NCBI GenBank assembly: GCA_023819665.1
Contig: JAMWCP010000001.1
Span: 1 to 45,946 of the forward strand
Direction: 5' to 3'
DNA length: 45,946 nucleotides
From: Candidatus Omnitrophota bacterium
GTDB taxonomy: Bacteria; Omnitrophota; Gorgyraeia; Gygaellales; JAMWCP01
The notes beneath the pieces are model-generated. The model saw only the letters and a program-made list of their open reading frames with translations, made no database searches and was not told where the DNA came from. A program made the translations under genes and the position numbers. Below, in pieces: positions 9,490 through 18,001 of this stretch; position 1 is the stretch's first letter; every line of letters begins with the position of its first letter.

Positions 9490-9518
9490 AAAAATATTAA
9501 AAACGAGGAGGAACATAG

Positions 9519-10178
9519 ATGAAAAAGTTACTCTGGGGGGGGATAGTGGGAGTGTTTATTTTTTCTGGTTGTACGTTTGTGATTCAAAAAGGAAGACGTT
9601 CGGATATAGAAAAGATTAAGGAGTTAAGCAGGAATTTAGAAGAACTTAATCAGGTTAAAAGAATTTTGGAAGAAAGATTACAGAAGGAAATTCAAGATAA
9701 ACAGGTACGTCTTGAGATGATGGAGAAAGGGTTAGTGATTACTTTTGTAGCAGATATACTTTTTGATTCAGGGAAAGCAAGTATTAGGCCGGAGAATTAC
9801 TCTACTTTAGATAAAATTGCTAATGTGTTAGCTAAGAATATCCCTCATAATTATATTGGAATAGAAGGCCATACCGATAATGAGCCTATTAAGTATTCGG
9901 GATGGAGATCGAATTGGGAATTATCTACTGCTAGAGCTTTAAGTGTGTTGCATTATTTAGTAGATGAGAAAGGGTTGTCTCCTGATAGATTTTCAGCTAT
10001 TGGATACGGTGAATACCGGCCTGTTGCTTCTAATGACACCAAGGAGGGGCGTCAATTGAATCGTCGTGTAGAAATTGTGATTATACCGCGAATGACCAAG
10101 GAGAAAATTGTTAAAAAAGAAGATAAACCATCTTCTTCAGCATCTCGATTAATAGAACCGCCGGAGAATCTAAAGTAA
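9519..10178 (+). CDS. OmpA/MotB-domain peptidoglycan-binding lipoprotein
   Basis: It has a signal peptide with a lipobox-like FSGC, then a coiled-coil stretch. The OmpA-like domain follows (FDSGKASI..., GHTDN.P, SNWELSTARA..V..YL, NRRVEIVI). Confidence 0.85.
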   Translation: MKKLLWGGIVGVFIFSGCTFVIQKGRRSDIEKIKELSRNLEELNQVKRILEERLQKEIQDKQVRLEMMEKGLVITFVADILFDSGKASIRPENYSTLDKIANVLAKNIPHNYIGIEGHTDNEPIKYSGWRSNWELSTARALSVLHYLVDEKGLSPDRFSAIGYGEYRPVASNDTKEGRQLNRRVEIVIIPRMTKEKIVKKEDKPSSSASRLIEPPENLK

Positions 10179-10187
10179 GGAGGATCT

Positions 10188-10574
10188 ATGGATAAAGAAG
10201 AATTAAAAAATAGAATTATTCTTATACTTTCTGTTTTAACATTGATTTTATTTGTAACCACTATAAATTCTTGTAGTGAGAGTTACAAACAGAGAAAACA
10301 GAAAGAGAAAGAACTTAGACAGAGGATAGAGCTTGAAGAGAAACTTAATAGATTATCCGATGAAAGAAACATATGGTTGAGCAATTTAGATAAATGCCAA
10401 CAGGAACTTCGGCAGATGAATGAAAAACTTCAGGTTACAGAAAAGAATCTTTTTCAACAGGAATTAATAAATAAAAGTTTAAAGGAAGAGCTCGATAAAA
10501 TAACCAAATTGAAAGAGACATTAGAAGAGAGTCTTAAAGAGGCTTTGGTATCTAAACCAGATAAGAAACGATAA
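10188..10574 (+). CDS. membrane-anchored coiled-coil protein, unknown function
   Basis: It has an N-terminal hydrophobic helix (IILILSVLTLILFVTTINSC), then about 95 aa of heptad-like charged sequence rich in E, K, L and Q. I recognise no family motif. Confidence 0.5.
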   Translation: MDKEELKNRIILILSVLTLILFVTTINSCSESYKQRKQKEKELRQRIELEEKLNRLSDERNIWLSNLDKCQQELRQMNEKLQVTEKNLFQQELINKSLKEELDKITKLKETLEESLKEALVSKPDKKR

Positions 10575-10586
10575 AAGGAGGATAAA

Positions 10587-11570
10587 ATGAAAATAAGAAA
10601 GATGTTTAGTAAAGTAAAAGAGAAATTAAAATTAGTTAAGAAAAAGAGAATTAGTCCCAAGAAGACCAAGAGGTTTAAAAAGTTAGAGAATGAATTTACG
10701 GATAAATTTTTCTCTACGGAAACCAAGGTGGAAGAGAGCAAATATTATACACCTCTGATACCTAAGAGGTATCCCACTGTAGAAGATTTACCTCGTGGAT
10801 ATGGAGAAGATAAGCTTGTTTTACAGACACGCGATCCTTGGTGGATCCATGCCTATTGGGAAATAAGTATTCATACCTATGAGAGAGTAAAATCAGAGTT
10901 AAGAGAATTTTTTCATTCGGCAAAGAAGACATTGCGGGTATATGATGTTACCAATATTATTTTTGATGGTACAAATGCTCATCGTTATTTTGATATTGAG
11001 ATAAACGATTACGCTAATAATTGGTATATTGATGTAGGGGGGCCGGGAAGAAGTTGGTGTGTAGATTTGGGTCTGAAGCTTCCCGATAACAGGTTTATTA
11101 CTCTCGTACGTTCTAATGTAGTACGCACGCCATTAGATGGCCCCTCTTGGATCACGGATGAAGAATGGATGGTACCTGAAGAAGTATTTGCCCGTTTATA
11201 CGGATTAAGTGCAGGATTAGGTCTCAGTTCTCCTGTAGGTAAAGGGTGGCAGGAGGAGATTAAAAAGAGATTATGGCAGCCATTTGCTTCTGGTGCGTTT
11301 GCTTCTATGGTGAGTCCGGTAAAAAAAGAAATAAAAGTGGGCAGAAAGTTCTGGCTAGTGGTTAATACAGAATTAATTGTTTATGGAGCCACCGAACCAG
11401 ATGCTACAGTTTATGTGCAAGGAAGACCTATACCTTTAAGAGCTGATGGGACATTCAGTCTACGCTTTGCCCTTCCCGATGGTAAACAGGTTATTCCTGT
11501 AAAAGGCGTATCCGCGGATAAGGTAGATGAAATAACCATTACTCCCATAGTGACTAAAGAAACCAAGTAA
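10587..11570 (+). CDS. DUF4912 domain-containing protein
   Basis: It has a Lys-rich N-terminus, then LPRGYGEDKLVLQTRDPWWIHAYWEI, which I recognise as the DUF4912 core. A C-terminal beta-rich block follows (ELIVYGATEPDATVYVQGRPIPLRADGTFSLRF). It sits directly upstream of a GH57 enzyme, its usual partner. Confidence 0.75.
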   Translation: MKIRKMFSKVKEKLKLVKKKRISPKKTKRFKKLENEFTDKFFSTETKVEESKYYTPLIPKRYPTVEDLPRGYGEDKLVLQTRDPWWIHAYWEISIHTYERVKSELREFFHSAKKTLRVYDVTNIIFDGTNAHRYFDIEINDYANNWYIDVGGPGRSWCVDLGLKLPDNRFITLVRSNVVRTPLDGPSWITDEEWMVPEEVFARLYGLSAGLGLSSPVGKGWQEEIKKRLWQPFASGAFASMVSPVKKEIKVGRKFWLVVNTELIVYGATEPDATVYVQGRPIPLRADGTFSLRFALPDGKQVIPVKGVSADKVDEITITPIVTKETK

Positions 11571-11602
11571 ATTTTTATTTGATAATTAATTACTATTAAA
11601 AG

Positions 11603-13180
11603 ATGTATAAAGGATACTTATGTTTAGTTTTACATGGACATTTACCTTTTGTGCGTCATCCGGAGTGCGATTATTTTTTAGAAGAGAACTGGCTTTACGA
11701 GGCAATTACGGAAACTTATATTCCTCTTATTTTAATGATGGAGCGTCTAATTAATGACAAAATAGATTTTAAACTCACTATGTCTTTAACTCCTTCGCTT
11801 ATCTATATGTTAAAAGATTCTCTTTTACAGGAACGTTATTTAAGACATATAAATAAACTTATTGAGCTTTGTCATAAAGAGATAGAACGGACACGTTGGC
11901 AACCCCCATTCCAAAAATTAGCCCTTATGTATTTAGATAGATTTTCCCTTGCTTATCAGACTTTTGAGAGATATAAGAGAGATTTAGTTTCTGCCTTTAA
12001 GTCTCTCCAGGAGAAAGGGGTTTTAGAAATTATTGCCAGTTGTGCTACACATGGTTATTTACCTTTAATGGAATTAACTCCTCCTTCTGCAAGGGCCCAA
12101 ATAAAAGTAGGAGTAATGGTTTACGAGCAGATATTCGCAAGGAAACCCAAGGGGTTTTGGTTACCCGAGTGTGGTTATCTTCCCGGACATGATTATATCC
12201 TGAAAGATTGTGGGATCAAGTACTTCTTTACAGAAATCCATGGAATTCTTCATGGTGTTCCTCGGCCAAAGTACGGCGTGTATGCCCCAGTTTATTGTAA
12301 ATCAGGGGTTGCCTGTTTTGGTAGGGATTGGGAGTCAGCTAAGCAGGTTTGGTCTTCTATTGAGGGTTATCCTGGAGATTACTGGTATCGAGAGTTCTAT
12401 CGGGATATCGGTTATGATTTGGATTTTGATTATATAAAACCTTATATTCATCCAGATGGAATCCGCATAAATACAGGTATCAAATATTATCGGATTACTG
12501 GTTCCGAAGACAAACAACCGTATGAGCCAGAAAAGGCTGCTGAGAAAGCAAGTGAACACGCAGGTAATTTTATGTTTAATCGGGAAAGGCAGATTGAGTA
12601 TCTATATGGGTTTTTAAATAAAAAACCTATTGTAGTTGCTCCTTATGATGCAGAGTTATTTGGCCATTGGTGGTTCGAAGGAATAATGTGGCTAGATTAT
12701 CTTATTCGTAAGATAAAATTTGATCAAAATATCTTTACATTGGTTACCGCCTCCGACTATCTATTAGAAAATCCTCGTAACCAGGTAATCACTCCTTCGC
12801 TTTCCAGTTGGGGTTGGAAAGGTTATAATGAGATGTGGCTTCAGGGAGTGAATGATTGGATATATCGGCATTTACATAAAGCTTCCGAGAGGATGACAGA
12901 ATTGGTAAAGCTTTATCCTAATGAGAATGACGGTTTATTAAAAAGAGCTTTAGATCAAGCATTAAGAGAGTTACTGTTGGCTCAGAGTTCGGACTGGGCT
13001 TTTATTATGGGAACAGGTACTCATACTAGTTATGCAGTAAGAAGAATAAAGGAGCATATTTTGAGATTTACCACCCTCTATGAACAGATAAAGTTCCACT
13101 CTATCGATCCTGTATGGTTAAGCGAGATCGAGGAACGAGATAATATTTTCCCTCAAATAGATTACCGGGTTCATCAATAG
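11603..13180 (+). CDS. GH57-family 1,4-alpha-glucan branching enzyme
   Basis: It has the N-terminal LVLHGHLPFVRHPE motif of GH57 branching enzymes, plus WLPECGY, APYDAELFGHWWFEG and SSDWAF blocks (DUF1957-type C-terminal domain). The length of 525 aa fits. Confidence 0.85.
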   Translation: MYKGYLCLVLHGHLPFVRHPECDYFLEENWLYEAITETYIPLILMMERLINDKIDFKLTMSLTPSLIYMLKDSLLQERYLRHINKLIELCHKEIERTRWQPPFQKLALMYLDRFSLAYQTFERYKRDLVSAFKSLQEKGVLEIIASCATHGYLPLMELTPPSARAQIKVGVMVYEQIFARKPKGFWLPECGYLPGHDYILKDCGIKYFFTEIHGILHGVPRPKYGVYAPVYCKSGVACFGRDWESAKQVWSSIEGYPGDYWYREFYRDIGYDLDFDYIKPYIHPDGIRINTGIKYYRITGSEDKQPYEPEKAAEKASEHAGNFMFNRERQIEYLYGFLNKKPIVVAPYDAELFGHWWFEGIMWLDYLIRKIKFDQNIFTLVTASDYLLENPRNQVITPSLSSWGWKGYNEMWLQGVNDWIYRHLHKASERMTELVKLYPNENDGLLKRALDQALRELLLAQSSDWAFIMGTGTHTSYAVRRIKEHILRFTTLYEQIKFHSIDPVWLSEIEERDNIFPQIDYRVHQ

Positions 13181-13192
13181 ATAAATAAAAAT

Positions 13193-13903
13193 ATGTTTGA
13201 TAAAAATTCTATTCCGAAACACGTGGCTATTATTATGGATGGTAATGGTCGTTGGGCAAAACAGCGGGGGCTTCCACGTACTGCTGGTCATCGTGAAGGA
13301 ATTAAGCGTATAAAGGAGATTGTTAATGTAGCTAATAATTTAGGGATAGAGTATTTGACTTTTTTTGTTTTTTCTACAGAGAATTGGAATCGCCCTAAGA
13401 GAGAAATAGATATGTTAATGCATTATTTGGATAATTTTTTAAAAAATGAGTTAGAGTATTTAAAGGATAATAATATCAGGTTAATTGTTATTGGCAGAGA
13501 AAAACCTTTACCCCATTACCTTTTAAAGAGAATAAAATTTGCTCAAGATTATAGTAAGAATAATAAAGGTATGACTTTAATAGTCGCTCTTAATTACGGA
13601 GCCAGACAGGAGATCGTTGATGCGGTTAAAAGGTATGCTCTTTTGGTTTTTGACAGAAAAGAAAACCCTTTTCAACTTGATGAAGAGAAGTTTTCTCGTT
13701 TCCTTTACACTCAGGGTATACCTGATCCTGATCTTTTAATTCGTACGAGTGGAGAGATACGCGTAAGTAATTTTCTTTTATGGCAGATTTCTTATACAGA
13801 ATTTTATTTTACTAAAAAATACTGGCCAGATTTTAAAGAAGATGATTTCTTAGAGGCGATTTATGATTATCAAAAAAGACAGAGAAGGTTTGGGAGAATA
13901 TAA
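13193..13903 (+). CDS. uppS: undecaprenyl diphosphate synthase (isoprenyl transferase)
   Basis: It has HVAIIMDGNGRWA, FSTENW.RP, IRTSGE.R.SNFLLWQ..YTEFYF. Confidence 0.95.
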   Translation: MFDKNSIPKHVAIIMDGNGRWAKQRGLPRTAGHREGIKRIKEIVNVANNLGIEYLTFFVFSTENWNRPKREIDMLMHYLDNFLKNELEYLKDNNIRLIVIGREKPLPHYLLKRIKFAQDYSKNNKGMTLIVALNYGARQEIVDAVKRYALLVFDRKENPFQLDEEKFSRFLYTQGIPDPDLLIRTSGEIRVSNFLLWQISYTEFYFTKKYWPDFKEDDFLEAIYDYQKRQRRFGRI

Positions 13904-14699
13904 TAATATTTTGAAACGTATATTCAGCTCATTCATACTTATTGCAATAGTTTCTTTTGTTATAAATTCCTCTCATTTATCCGGTCTTTTTATATGTATC
14001 CTGATAGTTTTAGGAATACATGAATTTCTTCTTATGGCAGAGAGAGGGGGTATTGAGGTATATAGATATTTTGGTATTTTCATTGGTGCGGTTATTCCAT
14101 TTTCTATATTCTTTCAATTTGAACTCAATATCAGCTGGCAGTTATTTTTGATAGTTCTGACTGTTATCTTTTTGATTGTGATGCAATTAAGACGCCGTCA
14201 TAGTAAAGGGGTGATTAGTAGTATATCTACAACTATCTTCGCCATACTTTATATAAGTTGGTTTTTAAGTTTTTTAATTCGCATTCGTTATATGCCAGGG
14301 GGGAGAAACCTCTTACTTTTTTTAATTCTAGTTGTAAAGATGGGAGATATAGGTGCTTACTTTATAGGTAGCCGTTTTGGTAAGACACCTCTGCTTCCTT
14401 TAATAAGTCCCTATAAATCTACGCAGGGAATGTGGGGAGGACTGTTTTTCAGTATGGCAACGGCTCTTGTATTTAAGCCTCTTATGAATTTTTCTTATTT
14501 ACATCTTGCTTTTCTGGGTATATTTTTGGGGATCCTCGGACAGTTGGGCGATCTCTCTGAGTCTTTAATGAAACGAGATTGTAATGTTAAAGATTCAGGA
14601 GATATTTTACCAGGTATCGGCGGTGTATTAGATTTGATGGACAGTTTTCTTTTTACAGCACCCGTATTTTATTTTTATATGAATATTATTATAAGATGA
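13863..14699 (+). CDS. cdsA: phosphatidate cytidylyltransferase
   Basis: It is a polytopic membrane protein with a CdsA-type C-terminal signature region (SLMKRDCNVKDSGDILPGIGGVLDLMDS), which is divergent (see findings). The start is ambiguous: ATG at 13863 overlaps uppS by 41 nt, while TTG at 13911 would avoid the overlap. Confidence 0.8.
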   Translation: MIIKKDREGLGEYNNILKRIFSSFILIAIVSFVINSSHLSGLFICILIVLGIHEFLLMAERGGIEVYRYFGIFIGAVIPFSIFFQFELNISWQLFLIVLTVIFLIVMQLRRRHSKGVISSISTTIFAILYISWFLSFLIRIRYMPGGRNLLLFLILVVKMGDIGAYFIGSRFGKTPLLPLISPYKSTQGMWGGLFFSMATALVFKPLMNFSYLHLAFLGIFLGILGQLGDLSESLMKRDCNVKDSGDILPGIGGVLDLMDSFLFTAPVFYFYMNIIIR

Positions 14700-15847
14700 A
14701 GCAGATAACTATCTTAGGCTCCACCGGTTCTATTGGTCGTAATACTTTAGAGGTGATTAAACATTTTCCTAATGAATTTAGAGTTTTTGGTCTATCCACT
14801 AATTCTAATATTAGGATTTTATCTGATCAGATAAAAAAATTTTTTCCTGAGGTGGTAGTGGTTAGAGATACATTTAAGGCGGAGAGATTGAAAAGAAATA
14901 TTAATAATAAAATTATTTTATTAGGGGGAGAAGATGGCCTGATAGAGCTATCAGGAATAAAGGTTGAACTTTTGGTTATGGCTATCAGCGGTTCAGCCGC
15001 TCTTTTTCCTTTAATAAAAGCCATTGAGACACAACCGATGATCGCTTTAGCGAATAAAGAGGCTCTTGTTATGGCTGGTCCTTTGATTAACCAGAAAGTA
15101 AAGGAAACCGGCACAAAGATTATTCCTATAGATAGTGAGCAATCTGCAATCTGGCAGTGTCTTGAAGATAGAGATAAGTCCACTTTAAAAAAAATATACC
15201 TTACTGCTTCAGGAGGCCCCCTTAAAGATATAGATAAAAGAGACTTCAGAAAAATTTCTTTGGAGAAAGTTCTAAATCATCCTTGCTGGAAAATGGGTAA
15301 AAAAATTACAGTAGATTCTGCTACTCTTATGAATAAAGGACTGGAATTATTTGAGACGATGTATCTATTTGGTGTAGATATTTCTAAAATTGATATTCTT
15401 ATCCATCCTGAGGCAGTGATCCATTCAATGGTAGAATTTATTGATGGTTCAGTGTTAGCCCAGTTATCCATTACCGATATGCGGATACCTATTCAATATG
15501 CATTAAGTTATCCAAAAAGACTCAGGGGTTTTCTTAAGCCACTAAATTTTATTAAAATTAAAAATTTAACTTTTTTAAAACCTGATTTAAATAAATTCCC
15601 TTGTCTCACTTTTGCTTACGAAGCTGCTAAGGCAGGTGGTACACTGCCTGTAGTTTTGAATGCCAGTAATGAGATAGCAGTGGAATCATTTTTAAAGAGA
15701 AGGATAAACTTTTCTAATATTCCTAAAGTTATTGAGAAAGTCATGAAATTACATAAGAATATAAAGAAACCAACTCTGCACGATATTATCTCAGTTCATC
15801 AGTGGGCAAGAAAAAAGGCGGAAGAGGTTGTAAATAATTTTAATTAA
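14696..15847 (+). CDS. dxr: 1-deoxy-D-xylulose 5-phosphate reductoisomerase
   Basis: It has ILGSTGSIG, LANKEALV, DSE.SAI.QC, LTASGGP, and NKGLE..E blocks. An ATGA overlap joins it to cdsA. Confidence 0.95.
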   Translation: MKQITILGSTGSIGRNTLEVIKHFPNEFRVFGLSTNSNIRILSDQIKKFFPEVVVVRDTFKAERLKRNINNKIILLGGEDGLIELSGIKVELLVMAISGSAALFPLIKAIETQPMIALANKEALVMAGPLINQKVKETGTKIIPIDSEQSAIWQCLEDRDKSTLKKIYLTASGGPLKDIDKRDFRKISLEKVLNHPCWKMGKKITVDSATLMNKGLELFETMYLFGVDISKIDILIHPEAVIHSMVEFIDGSVLAQLSITDMRIPIQYALSYPKRLRGFLKPLNFIKIKNLTFLKPDLNKFPCLTFAYEAAKAGGTLPVVLNASNEIAVESFLKRRINFSNIPKVIEKVMKLHKNIKKPTLHDIISVHQWARKKAEEVVNNFN

Positions 15848-15851
15848 AGAG

Positions 15852-16937
15852 ATGATTTCTTTTTTAATATTTATCTTTATAGTAGGTATTGTAATCATTA
15901 TTCATGAGTTTGGTCATTTTATTATGGCCAAAAAAAATAAAGTAAAAGTAGAAAAATTTTCTATAGGTTTTGGGCCAAAAATTTTTTCTAAAAAAATAAA
16001 AGACACAGAATATGTACTTGCTGCTATTCCTTTTGGAGGATATGTAAAATTAGCAGGGGATAGTCTTCTGGAGTATACAGGGAAAGTTGATGAATATTTT
16101 TCTAAAAGTTGCCTAGAAAGAGCACAGATTATAGTAAGCGGACCTCTTTTAAATTATCTTGCTGCCTTTATTTGTTTTTGGTTGGTCTTTTATATAGGTT
16201 ATCCTATGATGGGTACTAAGATAGCTGAGGTGATCCCGGGTTATGGTGCAAGTCAAGTAGGTATTTTACCTCAGGATAAAATTGTGGCTATTGATGGTAA
16301 AACTGTTCAGTATTGGGAACAACTCCAACAAGAAGTTTATACCAAAAAAGAAGGACAGACAGTTGAGCTTAAGGTTTTACGTCAAGGTCAGATTCATACC
16401 TTTAATGTAATAGTTAAAGAAAAAGAAATGATGGATAGATGGGGAAATAAGAAGAGGGTGGGTATTATTGGGATAATCCCCGCGGAGGAAATAAAATTTG
16501 TAAAACATTCTTTGACCTCTTCTTTTATTAGAGGAACAAAAATGACGATAGATTTAACTATTATTATTTATGGAGTGGTTTTAAGAATTATTTCAGGTAA
16601 GATCTCTCTTCGAGAATCTATCACTGGTCCGCTGGGTATGTTTTATCTTACTAAAGAAGCAACCCGCTTAGGTCTTGCGGTGTTACTTCATCTAGTAGCG
16701 GTACTGAATATTAGTTTAGCAGTTTTTAATCTGCTACCCTTACCTGTTTTAGATGGTTTTCATCTTTTTCTATTAGGCATAGAAAAAGCTAGAGGCAAGC
16801 CTCTCAGTTATAAGATAGAGATGATAGTAAATCAGATAGGGTTTGCTTTTATTATTATGTTAGCAATAGTAGTATTCTATAATGATTTAGTTCGCTTTGG
16901 GATATGGGAGAAAATAACCCAGCTCTTAAGACGCTAA
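15852..16937 (+). CDS. rseP: RIP metalloprotease RseP (site-2 protease)
   Basis: It has the HEFGHF zinc motif in the first TM helix, a single PDZ-like segment, and a C-terminal NLLPLPVLDG motif. Confidence 0.9.
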   Translation: MISFLIFIFIVGIVIIIHEFGHFIMAKKNKVKVEKFSIGFGPKIFSKKIKDTEYVLAAIPFGGYVKLAGDSLLEYTGKVDEYFSKSCLERAQIIVSGPLLNYLAAFICFWLVFYIGYPMMGTKIAEVIPGYGASQVGILPQDKIVAIDGKTVQYWEQLQQEVYTKKEGQTVELKVLRQGQIHTFNVIVKEKEMMDRWGNKKRVGIIGIIPAEEIKFVKHSLTSSFIRGTKMTIDLTIIIYGVVLRIISGKISLRESITGPLGMFYLTKEATRLGLAVLLHLVAVLNISLAVFNLLPLPVLDGFHLFLLGIEKARGKPLSYKIEMIVNQIGFAFIIMLAIVVFYNDLVRFGIWEKITQLLRR

Positions 16938-18001
16938 AAAGAAGGAAATCAAGAATAGTCAAAATAGGGAATATTTTTATTGGTGGGAATATGCCTATTG
17001 CTATTCAAGCGATGACTAAGATAAAGACGGCGCATATAGAGGAAGTATTAAAACAGATAAAAGAGTTAGAAAAAGCAGGGGCGCGAATTATTCGTTTGGC
17101 AATAAAGGATAACGAGGATGCTCTGGCGATACGACAAATAAAAAGAGTTATAAAGTCACCTTTAGTGGGAGATATTCATTTTGACTATCGATTAGCGATA
17201 AGAGCAATAGAAAATGGAATAGATAAAATAAGGCTCAATCCGGGTAATATCAGAAAGAAGTTGGAGATTAAAAAAATTGTAGAGCTTGCTAAGAAGAATA
17301 ACATCCCCATAAGGGTAGGGTTGAATTCGGGTTCTGTAAAGTTCATTAAGAATAATTCTAATTTAAAAAATATCGTTGAAGTTATGTTAAAAGAAGCCAG
17401 AGATTATCTAAAGTTCTTAGAAAGTATGAATTTTTATGATACAGTAATTTCGTTAAAGACCTCCCATCCCGAGTCTACTATTGAAGCATATGAGAGAATG
17501 TCTAAACTTTGTGATTATCCTTTTCATCTCGGTTTAACTGCTACAGGTACTCCTCTTTGTGGAGTAGTAGCTTCGAGTATTGTTTTAGGAGTTTTGTTGC
17601 GGCAGGGTATAGGAGACACTATTAGAGTTTCTCTTACAGATTCTGCGATAGAGGAAGTGAAGGTGGCAGGATACATTCTACAGAGTTTGGGATTGTGTAA
17701 ATTAGGTATTCAGATTATCAGTTGTCCTGTTTGTGGACGTTGTGAAGTTGATTTAGTAAAGATAGTGAAAGAGTTAGATATTCAGTTATCAACGCCTAAC
17801 TATCAACTTTCAGCTTCACCGATTAAATTAGCGGTGATGGGTTGTATGGTAAATGGACCAGGAGAAGCCAGCCACGCAGATTTAGGGGTTGCTTTTGGGA
17901 AAAAGGATGGGGTTTTGTTTAAAAAAGGACAGATTATTAAGAAGATAACTCTTAAGGATTGTGTGGGTGTGCTCCTAAAAGAGATAAAAAACTTGAACTG
18001 A
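16904..18001 (+). CDS. ispG: 4-hydroxy-3-methylbut-2-en-1-yl diphosphate synthase
   Basis: It has IGG..PI.IQAMT, LNPGN, and the Fe-S cysteines in ISCPVCGRC...MGCMVNGPGE. It overlaps rseP by 34 nt. Confidence 0.9.
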   Translation: MGENNPALKTLKRRKSRIVKIGNIFIGGNMPIAIQAMTKIKTAHIEEVLKQIKELEKAGARIIRLAIKDNEDALAIRQIKRVIKSPLVGDIHFDYRLAIRAIENGIDKIRLNPGNIRKKLEIKKIVELAKKNNIPIRVGLNSGSVKFIKNNSNLKNIVEVMLKEARDYLKFLESMNFYDTVISLKTSHPESTIEAYERMSKLCDYPFHLGLTATGTPLCGVVASSIVLGVLLRQGIGDTIRVSLTDSAIEEVKVAGYILQSLGLCKLGIQIISCPVCGRCEVDLVKIVKELDIQLSTPNYQLSASPIKLAVMGCMVNGPGEASHADLGVAFGKKDGVLFKKGQIIKKITLKDCVGVLLKEIKNLN

